From contig JAKSTI010000010.1 in the NCBI GenBank assembly GCA_024402665.1, forward strand, positions 494 through 64,493: DNA of 64,000 nt, in the 5' to 3' direction. This document shows positions 29,978 to 39,431 of the stretch, one piece after another (within the stretch, counting starts at the first letter, position 1; the number at the start of each line of letters is the position of its first letter). This DNA comes from Treponema sp. (GTDB lineage: Bacteria > Spirochaetota > Spirochaetia > Treponematales > Treponemataceae). The translations under genes were made by a program, and so were the position numbers. The notes below the pieces were generated by a model that saw only the letters and a program-made list of their open reading frames with translations, did not search any database and had not been told where the DNA came from.

Positions 29978-31945
29978 ATGGCTAAATCAAATTACTGGGA
30001 AATCCTTCATGAAACAGCTTTACGGGCACCTCAACAAAGCGGAGTCTATCTCTGGCGTAATGAAGAAGAAACTGTAATTTATGTAGGAAAAGCTAAAAAT
30101 CTTAAAAACAGACTTTCATCGTATTTTTCAGGCAATAGAGATATTAAAACAAGGCTTCTGATTGCCCACGCAAAATCTATTGAATACATTACAACAACAA
30201 ATGAATATGAAGCTTTTCTTCTTGAAAACAATTTAATTAAAAAATACACACCACGATACAACATCAACTTAAAAGATGGAAAATCCTACCCTGTATTACG
30301 CATTACAAAAGAAGAATTTCCAAAGATGTTTAAAACAAGACGCATTCTTCAGGACGGCTCAACATATTTTGGTCCCTACCCTGACGTAAATGCCCTTGAT
30401 ACTTTTATTGAAACAATCTTTAAATTATATCCTGTTCGCCATTGCCGTACTTTCAGAAAGAGAGATACACCTTGTCTTTATTATCACATGAAACAGTGTA
30501 AGGCTCCCTGCTGCAACAAAATCTCTAAAGAAGACTATCAGAATTATATAAAAGAAATTATTGATTTATTAAGCGGAAAAGCAGAAGATAATATTGAACG
30601 TCTTACTGAAGAAATGAAACAGGCCGCAAAGGATCTTAACTTTGAAAAAGCAGCCCGTCTTAGAGATGGAATAAAAGCCCTTATGGTTATGAACAATCAG
30701 AATATAGTAGAAAGTTTTGATTCTGAAGACAAAGATTATATTGCCCACGACAGAGAAGGAGAACTGGTAAGTTTTACTGTTCTTAAAGTAAGAAGCGGAA
30801 AATTACTTGGTCGTGAAAATTATAGAGTTGAAAGCCTTAATGAAGATGATGAACTTTTAAGCGAATTTATGAATGCCTACTATGAAGATCTGCAGCAGGT
30901 TCCACCAAATATTTTTGTAGAAAACAATGCCCAGTTCGATTTAATCAATCAATGGCTACAGGATAATTTTAAAGGAAGTTCAATTCCAAATCTTTGCGTT
31001 GTTTCTTCTCAAAGAGATATTGCTTCTATTAATATGGCACATCAGAATGCCCATGAAGATATTGTACGCCGCCTTCGTGAACGTGGTGATACTCCTGCTC
31101 TTGAAGAACTTAAAACTTTACTCCAGCTTGATACCCTTCCTGTTAGAATTGAAGGTTTTGATATTGCCCACATTGGCGGTAAATTCCCGGTTGCTTCTCT
31201 TATCAGTTTTTACAATGGAAATCCAGATAAGAAAAACTACAGATACTTCCGCTTAAAAACAACAGACGGAATTATTGATGACTTTGCATCTATGAAAGAA
31301 GCTGTTTCAAGAAGATACACACGTTTATTAAATGAACAAGCCGATTTACCAGATTTAATTTTAATTGATGGTGGTATTGGTCAGGTAAATGCAGTTGAAA
31401 GTATTCTTCAGTCGCTGAATCTTGATATTCCGGTTGCCGGTCTTGCAAAACGTGATGAAGAAATCTATCTGCCTGGAAACAGTGTTCCTTTCTGTCTTCC
31501 AAAAAGAAGTGATGCACTTAGACTTTTACAACGTGTCAGAGATGAGACTCACCGATTTGCAACAAGCCGCAACCAGAACCTTAGAACAAAAGAAAATACA
31601 GAATCTATCTTTCTTGAACTTCCGGGAGTTGGTGAAAAAAGGGCACTTACTCTTCAGAAACAGTTCACTACTCTGGAAAATCTGGCAGAAGCAGAAGAAA
31701 GCGCAATTGCACAGTGTCTTCATATAAAAGCACTGGAAGCAGCAGATATTCTTTTGAAGGCAAAAGAACTTCTTAAAATCCGTAATGAAAAAAAGGCGGC
31801 GCAGAAAAGATCTCTTGGTGTCAGTGGTACTACAAAAGAAAAAGCGGCGGCGGCACAATACATTCAGGATCTGGCGTCACTTGCATTTGAAGCGGCAGAA
31901 GGATCTTCTACTTACAAAAGCAGCGACAATAATAACAAAAAGTAA
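29978..31945 (+). CDS. uvrC: Excinuclease ABC subunit C
   Basis: GVYLW..IYVGKAKNL GIY-YIG domain, FEKAARLRD, RIEGFDIAH, LIDGG and QRVRDETHRFA motifs. Confidence 0.97.
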   Translation: MAKSNYWEILHETALRAPQQSGVYLWRNEEETVIYVGKAKNLKNRLSSYFSGNRDIKTRLLIAHAKSIEYITTTNEYEAFLLENNLIKKYTPRYNINLKDGKSYPVLRITKEEFPKMFKTRRILQDGSTYFGPYPDVNALDTFIETIFKLYPVRHCRTFRKRDTPCLYYHMKQCKAPCCNKISKEDYQNYIKEIIDLLSGKAEDNIERLTEEMKQAAKDLNFEKAARLRDGIKALMVMNNQNIVESFDSEDKDYIAHDREGELVSFTVLKVRSGKLLGRENYRVESLNEDDELLSEFMNAYYEDLQQVPPNIFVENNAQFDLINQWLQDNFKGSSIPNLCVVSSQRDIASINMAHQNAHEDIVRRLRERGDTPALEELKTLLQLDTLPVRIEGFDIAHIGGKFPVASLISFYNGNPDKKNYRYFRLKTTDGIIDDFASMKEAVSRRYTRLLNEQADLPDLILIDGGIGQVNAVESILQSLNLDIPVAGLAKRDEEIYLPGNSVPFCLPKRSDALRLLQRVRDETHRFATSRNQNLRTKENTESIFLELPGVGEKRALTLQKQFTTLENLAEAEESAIAQCLHIKALEAADILLKAKELLKIRNEKKAAQKRSLGVSGTTKEKAAAAQYIQDLASLAFEAAEGSSTYKSSDNNNKK

Positions 31946-31981
31946 TTTACTCTGGAAAAATAATTCAATATACTTTTCACC

Positions 31982-32926
31982 ATGTATTTATTAGTTATTA
32001 AGCAGCTTCTTACAATGATTTTAATTGTAATTGCAGGATTCATTTTTGCCAGAATTATAAAAGCAGAAGATACACAGCAGAAATTTTTAAGCAAGTTTCT
32101 TCTATATTTTATTAATCCATGTCTTGTAATCAGTTCTTTTAACAGAGATTTTGATGCCCTTAAATTCAAACAGCTTCTTGTTGTAATTGCCATTGCCTTC
32201 CTTGTTCATTTTGTAATGATTTTGACAGCTACAATTTTTACAAGAAGCAAAAAAGAAGAAAACAAAGCATTTGATATTCTGAACAGAATGGGAATTGTTT
32301 TCACAAACTGCGGATTTATTGGAATCCCATTAATCAGAGGGGTTTTTGGAGAAGACGGTGTTTTCCTTCTGATGGGAAATCTTGTTGTATTCAATATTCT
32401 TCTTTGGACTTACGGTTACTATCAGATGTGTGGCCGCTTTAATATCAAGGAAATAATTACTAATCCAAATATCATTGGTGTTTGTATCGGTATGATTATT
32501 TTCTGTCTGCCTGTAAAACTCCCTGTATTTATAAGCACACCTGTTTCTATGATTGGAGATTTAAACACTGCAACATCCATGGTTCTTATTGGTATGCTTC
32601 TTGCAAAATTCAAGAAACCAGAAAATTCCAGTGCAATTTTAAATCTGCTTAAAATGTCAGTAGTACGATTAGTTGTATGCAGCATTGTAAATCTGGCACT
32701 TTTGATTTTAGTATACAAACTTCTTGGTCCACACATGGAATGCGTTATGCTGATTTTTGTAGTCTACATCTGTTCAATGTGCCCTTCTGGAACAAGTATT
32801 CCAAGTTTAGCCTGTGTTTTTGACCAGGACACTTCCTATGCAAGTATTGTAGTTTCTGCAACAGGCGTGCTCTGTATTTTCACAATACCTGCTTTTGTAA
32901 AACTAGCAGAATTGTTTATAAAATAA
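31982..32926 (+). CDS. AEC (auxin efflux carrier-like) family transporter
   Basis: NCGFIGIP, NPNII and about 10 TM segments. Confidence 0.88.
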   Translation: MYLLVIKQLLTMILIVIAGFIFARIIKAEDTQQKFLSKFLLYFINPCLVISSFNRDFDALKFKQLLVVIAIAFLVHFVMILTATIFTRSKKEENKAFDILNRMGIVFTNCGFIGIPLIRGVFGEDGVFLLMGNLVVFNILLWTYGYYQMCGRFNIKEIITNPNIIGVCIGMIIFCLPVKLPVFISTPVSMIGDLNTATSMVLIGMLLAKFKKPENSSAILNLLKMSVVRLVVCSIVNLALLILVYKLLGPHMECVMLIFVVYICSMCPSGTSIPSLACVFDQDTSYASIVVSATGVLCIFTIPAFVKLAELFIK

Positions 32927-32947
32927 CAAAGGGGCGTCCCTAAACTC

Positions 32948-32976
32948 TTGAAAAAAAAATATATATATTATATTAT
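32948..32976 (+). promoter_or_regulatory. sigma70 promoter of tRNA-Leu
   Basis: TTGAAA (32948), 17 nt, TATTAT (32971). Confidence 0.6.
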
Positions 32977-32985
32977 ATATTTATT

Positions 32986-33071
32986 GCCGGGATGGCGGAA
33001 TTGGTAGACGCCCAGGACTTAAAATCCTGTGCCGAGCGATCGGCGTGCCAGTTCGATTCTGGTTCCCGGCA
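32986..33071 (+). tRNA. tRNA-Leu (TAA)
   Basis: Acceptor stem GCCGGGA/TCCCGGC, D-loop GGAATTGGTAGAC, anticodon arm CAGGA-CTTAAAA-TCCTG, long variable arm, GTTCGA T-loop; CCA not encoded. Confidence 0.96.
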
Positions 33072-33073
33072 TG

Positions 33074-33104
33074 AAGCCTTCTCTTTAGAGAAGGCTTTTT
33101 TTTT
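33074..33104 (+). terminator. Intrinsic terminator after tRNA-Leu
   Basis: AAGCCTTCTCT-TT-AGAGAAGGCTT followed by a T run. Confidence 0.85.
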
Positions 33105-33124
33105 GCACTTTAAGAGGTTGTTGT

Positions 33125-34666
33125 ATGGAATTTCATAACTATTCATCTGTTTGCGCTTTCAAATCAATTGAAGACATTAAAGGAAAGAATGTCACTATTA
33201 TGGGATTAGGCTTAAATGGAGGTGGAGAAGCTGCCGTTAAGTTTTTCCTTAAAAAAGGAGCCAATGTTCTTGTTACAGATATGAAAACTGAAGAACAGCT
33301 TAAGCCAACAATTGAACGCTTAAACAACGATCCTGAAATTGATACAACAAATTTAACATATCGCCTTGGAGAACACAGAATTGAAGATTTTGAAAATGCC
33401 GACTGTGTAATCAAAAATCCTGGCGTCCGCTATGAAGGCAACAAATATCTTGCAGCCGCAAAAGCAATTGAAACAGACCTTTCTATTTTCTTAAGATTCA
33501 CAGACTGCCCTATTATTGCAGTAACTGGAAGTAAAGGAAAATCTTCAACAGTAAGTGCTATTTACTACGGACTTAAAACTGCAGGATACAAAGCATTCCT
33601 TGGTGGAAACATTACAGTAAGCCCACTTACATTCATTGATGAAGTTACTACAGAAACACCAGTTGTAATTGAATTCTCATCATGGCAGCTGGCAGATTTA
33701 CGTGGCAGAAAAGTATTAAAACCATACATCTCAATTATTACAAAAATCGTTCCAGATCATCAGAACTGGTACGGAAATATGGAAGATTACGTAAAAGACA
33801 AACGCCTTATTTATGCAGAACAGGATATGGGCTGCTATTCAATTTTTGATGCAGGAGAAGATGAACCGGGAACAGGACCAGACCAGACACTCTACCCTGA
33901 TACAGTTACATGGGGAAATCTTTTTGCAAAAGAAACAAAAGGTACAGTTTTACGCTATGGAAAAGACAAACTTCAGGAAAAACAGTATGGAGTCTGGCTT
34001 GAAAAAGGACCACGTAACACTTTCTGCGGAAAAGTTTATCTTCCAAGAATGACAAAACCAGAAACAATTATGAAAGGACTTTCTGTACCAGGCTCACACA
34101 TGCGAACAAATGTTCTGAATGCAGCACTTGTTATGTACCTTATGGGTATTCCTGCAGAAAAAACTGCAAAAATCTGCGAAAGCTGGCAGGGAATTGAACA
34201 TCGCCTTCAGTATTTCCACAGCTGGAAAAATGAATGTGGTACTACTTTCAAATTTTATAATGATACATGTGCTACAGTTCCAGAAGCAGCCGCAGCAGCA
34301 ACTCAGGCTTTTGAAAAACCAGTTACTCTTCTTACAGGCGGTACAGACAAAGGTCTTGAACTTGATAAATTCACTGAAGCGGTTATTAATAAAGACGGCT
34401 CATTTATCCCTGTAAAAGCAATGTATTTCCTTGCGGGAACTGCTACAGATAAGATTCTTCCTGAACTGGATAAAGCTGGCATAAAATACAACGGACCTTA
34501 TTCAAGCCTTGCAGAAGCACTTGATGCAATTAAAACTGACTTACAGAAAGCAGAAGGCCAAGATGAAGTTGTAGTTTTCAGTCCTGGCGCAACAAGTTTT
34601 GGAATGTTCGCAAACGAATTTGACCGTGGCCATCAGTTCATGAATGGCATCAAAGAAAGATTCTAG
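33125..34666 (+). CDS. murD: UDP-N-acetylmuramoyl-L-alanine--D-glutamate ligase
   Basis: GLGLNGGG, AVTGSKGKSST, GGNI, EFSSWQL, IEHRLQ, GGTDK and SPGATSF motifs. Confidence 0.93.
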   Translation: MEFHNYSSVCAFKSIEDIKGKNVTIMGLGLNGGGEAAVKFFLKKGANVLVTDMKTEEQLKPTIERLNNDPEIDTTNLTYRLGEHRIEDFENADCVIKNPGVRYEGNKYLAAAKAIETDLSIFLRFTDCPIIAVTGSKGKSSTVSAIYYGLKTAGYKAFLGGNITVSPLTFIDEVTTETPVVIEFSSWQLADLRGRKVLKPYISIITKIVPDHQNWYGNMEDYVKDKRLIYAEQDMGCYSIFDAGEDEPGTGPDQTLYPDTVTWGNLFAKETKGTVLRYGKDKLQEKQYGVWLEKGPRNTFCGKVYLPRMTKPETIMKGLSVPGSHMRTNVLNAALVMYLMGIPAEKTAKICESWQGIEHRLQYFHSWKNECGTTFKFYNDTCATVPEAAAAATQAFEKPVTLLTGGTDKGLELDKFTEAVINKDGSFIPVKAMYFLAGTATDKILPELDKAGIKYNGPYSSLAEALDAIKTDLQKAEGQDEVVVFSPGATSFGMFANEFDRGHQFMNGIKERF

Positions 34667-34710
34667 ATATAAAAAATTAAAAGTCTAAGAGTATTCTTCC
34701 TCTAACATTT

Positions 34711-35211
34711 TTATCTTGTAAAATGTATTGGACCAGCTTCACCATTTTCATTACTAAAATATACATTGAATCCGTCATTTGCTTTTACAAATTTTAAATG
34801 GGTTTCAATCTCATCAACGTACCCATCGTACTCAAAAATATCTGGATCCTTTATAGGGATAAATATTGGAGCTTTATCTATATCGTAGACAATTCCAAAA
34901 AAAGGATTAAATATCCATGGTTCAACGCAAACAGTTTTTGTATCATTATATAGTTCAAAAAAATTATTAGAAAAAGAAAGAATATATTTATAATCTTTAT
35001 TAAATTTAGTTTCAAAATGACTAAAGCATTTTATAAAATTATCGTCAATAGAAAATAAATCAGAATCTATAGATTCTGACAGCCCATCTTCAGTAATCCA
35101 TTCTGGAAGATTTATAATATATCTAGGAACAGCTGCCGGAGAAGTCCATTTACAACCTGCCTGTAGAACTATTAACAAAATAAAAACAATGAAGATAAAA
35201 TATTTTTTCAT
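34711..35211 (-). CDS. AT-rich hypothetical lipoprotein (possible orphan immunity protein)
   Basis: MKKYFIFIVFILLIVLQAGC lipobox, start at 35211 after AGGTGG; more AT-rich than neighbouring genes. Confidence 0.65.
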   Translation of the reverse strand: MKKYFIFIVFILLIVLQAGCKWTSPAAVPRYIINLPEWITEDGLSESIDSDLFSIDDNFIKCFSHFETKFNKDYKYILSFSNNFFELYNDTKTVCVEPWIFNPFFGIVYDIDKAPIFIPIKDPDIFEYDGYVDEIETHLKFVKANDGFNVYFSNENGEAGPIHFTR

Positions 35212-35221
35212 TAAGTACCAC

Positions 35222-35380
35222 CTATTTAGGCTGAACATTCCAACTCATCCAATGCACGAATGGATTTACAGCTTCCCATTGCCCATCATCTAAATAATTA
35301 ATATCACGTATCAATTTTAAACTTATTCCAGGAATTCCATTGTCAACAGATTTTTTAGGTATCCCTAAATTATATATAGT
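35222..35380 (-). pseudogene. Startless 3' gene remnant immediately upstream of the lipoprotein
   Basis: Open frame TIYNLGIPKKSVDNGIPGISLKLIRDINYLDDGQWEAVNPFVHWMSWNVQPK*; its stop overlaps the lipoprotein SD. Confidence 0.35.
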
Positions 35381-35518
35381 TTATACTCTGAAACAACTCT
35401 GTATATGACATGACAGAATTAAAAACGACAAAAATAATAAAAAAAATTTTAATACAAATTTCATACTATACTCTCCTAATATATTTTCAATAAATGTCGT
35501 TTTTAACCTATACTAATC

Positions 35519-37207
35519 CTATCCTTTATAATTCAAAGCAGAAACTACAGCAGCAACACCGGCTCGACCAACGTTAGAACTTAAACCAACGCCCCATGCA
35601 TCATCACCATTTTCTTTAGTAATGTGAACATAAGCCATAGCTTTTGTATTTGAACCTTCACCAATAGAATGTTCATGGAAAGAAACAATATTGAATTTAG
35701 GAGCAGGAGTCTGTTTCAAAGCAGCAACAAAGGCATCCAAAGGACCGTTACCATTACCAGTAATTGCATAAGTTTTACCTTCCCAGATAACAGTTGCCAT
35801 AGCAGCTACCTGTTCTTCATCACCACCACGTTCACCTTCAATATGGCGTTCTGTAATATCCTTAACAGTCAAAGGAGATTTAGTATTTAACCATGCTTCT
35901 GCAAATGCATCGTAAACTTCCTGGTTTGAAATTTCACGCTGCAATTTATCTGAAGTATTTTTAATAACATTTCCAAGGAATGGATGCATTGCTTTTGGAA
36001 CAATAACTCCAAAGAATTTTTCAAGAATGTATGCAGCTCCACCTTTTCCACTCTGGCTGTTAATACGGATAATACCTTCATACTGACGGCCAATATCATG
36101 TGGATCAATTGTAAGATATGGAACATCCCACAAAGCATTTGGTTCCATATTAACGCGGGCAGCCATACCTTTACGAATTGCATCCTGATGTGAACCAGAG
36201 AAAGCAGTAAATACTAATTCACCAACATAAGGCATTCGTTCATAAATTGGCATTCCTGTAAGTTTTGTATAAACTTCTGCAATTGCAGGAAGATCAGTCA
36301 AATCAAGTTCAGGGTCAATTCCCTGTGTATACATGTTCAAACCAACGTTTACAATATCAAGGTTACCAGTACGTTCTCCGTTTCCAAAGAGACATCCTTC
36401 AACACGGTCTGCACCAGCAAGTAAACCTAATTCACACTGAGCAACGCCTTCACCACGGTCATTGTGATTGTGTAAAGAAATGATCAAATCTTCGCGGTCA
36501 GAAATATTCTGGCAGAAATATTCAATCTGATCAGCAAACTGATTTGGCATTGCACATTCAACAGTTGTTGGCAAGTTGAAAATAATTTTGTGATCTTTAT
36601 CTGCACTGTCGCCCCATTCTTTTTTAACAGCTTCACAAACTTCCAGAGCGTAATCAATTTCAGTAGTACTAAAGCTTTCTGGAGAATATTCAAGCTGAAT
36701 TTCTGTACCTTCACTCATAGAAAGACAAGATTTTACACAGCGGATACCATCAATTGCAATCTGCTTAATTTCTTCTTTTGATTTACCAAAAGTATATTTT
36801 CTCTGAGCAGGGCTTGTAGAATTGTATAAATGGAAGATTGCCTTTTTACAACCTTTTAATGATTCAAAAGTTCTTTTAATTAAATGTTCACGAGCCTGAC
36901 ACAATACCTGAAGTTTTACATCATCAGGAACATGGTTTTCTTCAATAAGACGGCGCATAAAGTTGAATTCAGTATCAGAAGCTGATGGGAATCCTACTTC
37001 AATTTCTTTAAAACCTAATTTAACAAGGAGATCAAAAAATTCCAGTTTCTGTTCAACACCCATTGGATTAATCAACGCCTGGTTTCCATCTCTTAAATCT
37101 ACAGAACACCAGATTGGTGCTTTTGTAATTTTCTTATCTGGCCATGTTCTATTTTTAATTTTTACATCTTCAAATGCTTTATATTTTCCGTTTGGATTCA
37201 TATTCAT
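35519..37207 (-). CDS. leuA: 2-isopropylmalate synthase
   Basis: WCSVDLRDGNQAL, EYSPESF, SLHNHNDRG, FGNGERTGN and SGSHQDAI motifs. Confidence 0.95.
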   Translation of the reverse strand: MNMNPNGKYKAFEDVKIKNRTWPDKKITKAPIWCSVDLRDGNQALINPMGVEQKLEFFDLLVKLGFKEIEVGFPSASDTEFNFMRRLIEENHVPDDVKLQVLCQAREHLIKRTFESLKGCKKAIFHLYNSTSPAQRKYTFGKSKEEIKQIAIDGIRCVKSCLSMSEGTEIQLEYSPESFSTTEIDYALEVCEAVKKEWGDSADKDHKIIFNLPTTVECAMPNQFADQIEYFCQNISDREDLIISLHNHNDRGEGVAQCELGLLAGADRVEGCLFGNGERTGNLDIVNVGLNMYTQGIDPELDLTDLPAIAEVYTKLTGMPIYERMPYVGELVFTAFSGSHQDAIRKGMAARVNMEPNALWDVPYLTIDPHDIGRQYEGIIRINSQSGKGGAAYILEKFFGVIVPKAMHPFLGNVIKNTSDKLQREISNQEVYDAFAEAWLNTKSPLTVKDITERHIEGERGGDEEQVAAMATVIWEGKTYAITGNGNGPLDAFVAALKQTPAPKFNIVSFHEHSIGEGSNTKAMAYVHITKENGDDAWGVGLSSNVGRAGVAAVVSALNYKG

Positions 37208-37208
37208 A

Positions 37209-39344
37209 CTATTTTACCAATCCTTCAAAAATTTGTTTAATATCTTCCACGAAGACTTCTGTGTCAGTTTTTAGCTGAATCAGGAATGAATTATCGCTTA
37301 GGGATCCTAGAACCGCTTCCATTTCCTTTTGATTTCTATATGTCATCAGTCTGTAATAATCTGTATAATCTTTTTCCCTTGATTTTAGGGAAGCTTCATA
37401 TATATCATTAGCAACAACAATGACGTCATCAATAATATCTCTGTATAGTATAGCAGAAAACTCTTCTATTGGTCGAGAATAAAGTTGTTCCAATAGATAT
37501 AGGGCGTATCTGACTTTCCACTGATTATAATAAGCTTCACACTGATTATAAAAATCGTGAACCTCATTCCAGGTTTGAATTGCACCTGTTTTAATCAGCG
37601 AGAATAATTCCTGTAGTTTTACAGAAGGAATTATCTGTCCGCCAACATTTTCCCACTCACAGAATAACTGACACTTTCTTATTTCCTGAATCACTTCCAG
37701 GGACAGTTTCTTTTCATTAAGCATTTTACAATAATCAATTAATTCTCGGGTTGCAAAATACTTAACTATTTTTCTATACATCTTATAAGCCTTTACAGGC
37801 TTTAGGATTTCAGCTCCATATTTTTTCTGGCAGGTTGAATCAAACAAAGAAAACTGTGAATCAGGATGCTGATGCATATAGTCTTTTGCCGACTGATAAT
37901 CAACCTTTAGATATTCAGCAGTTAGAGTTATGATACGTTCAATTGCCGACATAATTTCCTGCATTGTATCTGGCGCCATTGGATCATACTCAATATTCTG
38001 AATCTTAACCTTGCGCTTATCTCTCTTTACAAACTTATTCTTGTTTCTGGTAATTGCAAACATATCGTACATAAACCAGAAGGCCGGAATAATTGAAATT
38101 GCTTCATCAGTACGTTCACCCGGAGAAACAAGGGCAAAAGGATATGGAATATCAAGTTCATTCTGATAGCTTCCTTTTGAAATAAGACAGAATGAAGCAA
38201 ATTTTGAGTTATGTTTAAAATCACTGCAAAGACCAGGCCAGAAACCACGTTTTGCAAAAATTTCACCATCAGGACTCCTTGAATTATGATTACTGCCGAT
38301 TGTTGCACCAGAAGCAATATTTGACTGTCCCATAACAGTTGTAGCAATAAGAAATGATGAGTTGTGATGCTGTTCATGGAATGGGAAAATCAGATTGTTC
38401 AAAACTTCACAGCAGGAAATTGTTGAATTATCACCAAGGACTGAGTTTAAAAGTCTTGCACCATATTTTACCTGACAGTTTCGTCCAATCACAAAGCGAA
38501 CCGCAATAGCCTGATAGAACACACGGCATCCGTATCCAAGAATACCGTTTACCATTTCAACCCCTTCTCCAATCTGAGTTACTTCCTGTTCAGAAGAAAG
38601 GATTGTAATATTTTTAAGTTTGAAAGCGCCTTTAATATATGCAGATTTTCCAACTTTTGTATCTTTAATAATATTTGAATTCTTAATAACGGCATCATCA
38701 TCAACAATACCAAAAGTATTCAGCTGTTTTGTATTTCCGTGTTCAGTTAATTCTACAAATCTTTTTAACAATTCACTGTCATCTCTAAAATGAGACCAGA
38801 TATAAGCATCTGCAGGAATCATACTTTCAAAAGGTAAAATACTGCGGCCGTCGTTTTCGTTTGCAACACCAATCCAGATTCGGTTAGATTCAGGTTCCCC
38901 TTCTTTTAAAATACCATTTCCGAATTTAGAATGATTTGTACAACACATTTCCTGAATATTAAAAAGAATTACTCTGTTTCCAAGACGATAGTTGTCAAGA
39001 TAAGAAACGTTTCTAATAACAACATCATCTCCGGCAACAACATTGCTTACTCTTGAACGCTGAATTCCGCAGTTTAAATGCAAATCATTATAAGTTAAAG
39101 TTGCTTTTCTAAGACGGCCAAGAATTACAAATCCAGAGAAAGTGCTGAGGGCAATAAGAGATGGATCAAAACCATTTTCTGAGTCATCAACATAAAAATT
39201 TGTCCACTGAGGATCTTCACAGAAGTTATCATTCTTTTCAAGAATTTCAATTTCTGCAGAAGTAAGATGTCTTTTCCCTTTAAGCAATTCCTGAGGAATA
39301 TTTACCGACTTATCTTTTTCTTCAAAGAGTTCTACTTTAACCAT
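37209..39344 (-). CDS. DUF4954 family protein (left-handed beta-helix-like)
   Basis: FHEQHHNSSFLI, GATIGSNHNSRSPDGE and GFWPGLC motifs typical of DUF4954. Confidence 0.8.
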   Translation of the reverse strand: MVKVELFEEKDKSVNIPQELLKGKRHLTSAEIEILEKNDNFCEDPQWTNFYVDDSENGFDPSLIALSTFSGFVILGRLRKATLTYNDLHLNCGIQRSRVSNVVAGDDVVIRNVSYLDNYRLGNRVILFNIQEMCCTNHSKFGNGILKEGEPESNRIWIGVANENDGRSILPFESMIPADAYIWSHFRDDSELLKRFVELTEHGNTKQLNTFGIVDDDAVIKNSNIIKDTKVGKSAYIKGAFKLKNITILSSEQEVTQIGEGVEMVNGILGYGCRVFYQAIAVRFVIGRNCQVKYGARLLNSVLGDNSTISCCEVLNNLIFPFHEQHHNSSFLIATTVMGQSNIASGATIGSNHNSRSPDGEIFAKRGFWPGLCSDFKHNSKFASFCLISKGSYQNELDIPYPFALVSPGERTDEAISIIPAFWFMYDMFAITRNKNKFVKRDKRKVKIQNIEYDPMAPDTMQEIMSAIERIITLTAEYLKVDYQSAKDYMHQHPDSQFSLFDSTCQKKYGAEILKPVKAYKMYRKIVKYFATRELIDYCKMLNEKKLSLEVIQEIRKCQLFCEWENVGGQIIPSVKLQELFSLIKTGAIQTWNEVHDFYNQCEAYYNQWKVRYALYLLEQLYSRPIEEFSAILYRDIIDDVIVVANDIYEASLKSREKDYTDYYRLMTYRNQKEMEAVLGSLSDNSFLIQLKTDTEVFVEDIKQIFEGLVK

Positions 39345-39431
39345 ATCTCAAGTATAGTGTATTCTGAAAAAAAAATACACCATCTTTCTACATTGAAGTT
39401 TATGGGAGTTCAATTTATAATTAAAAAGATT

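Noticed and set aside
39267-39431. Extended start of the M16-like ORF
   Set aside because: It overlaps the divergent DUF4954 gene; the signal peptide and promoter point to ATG 39432.
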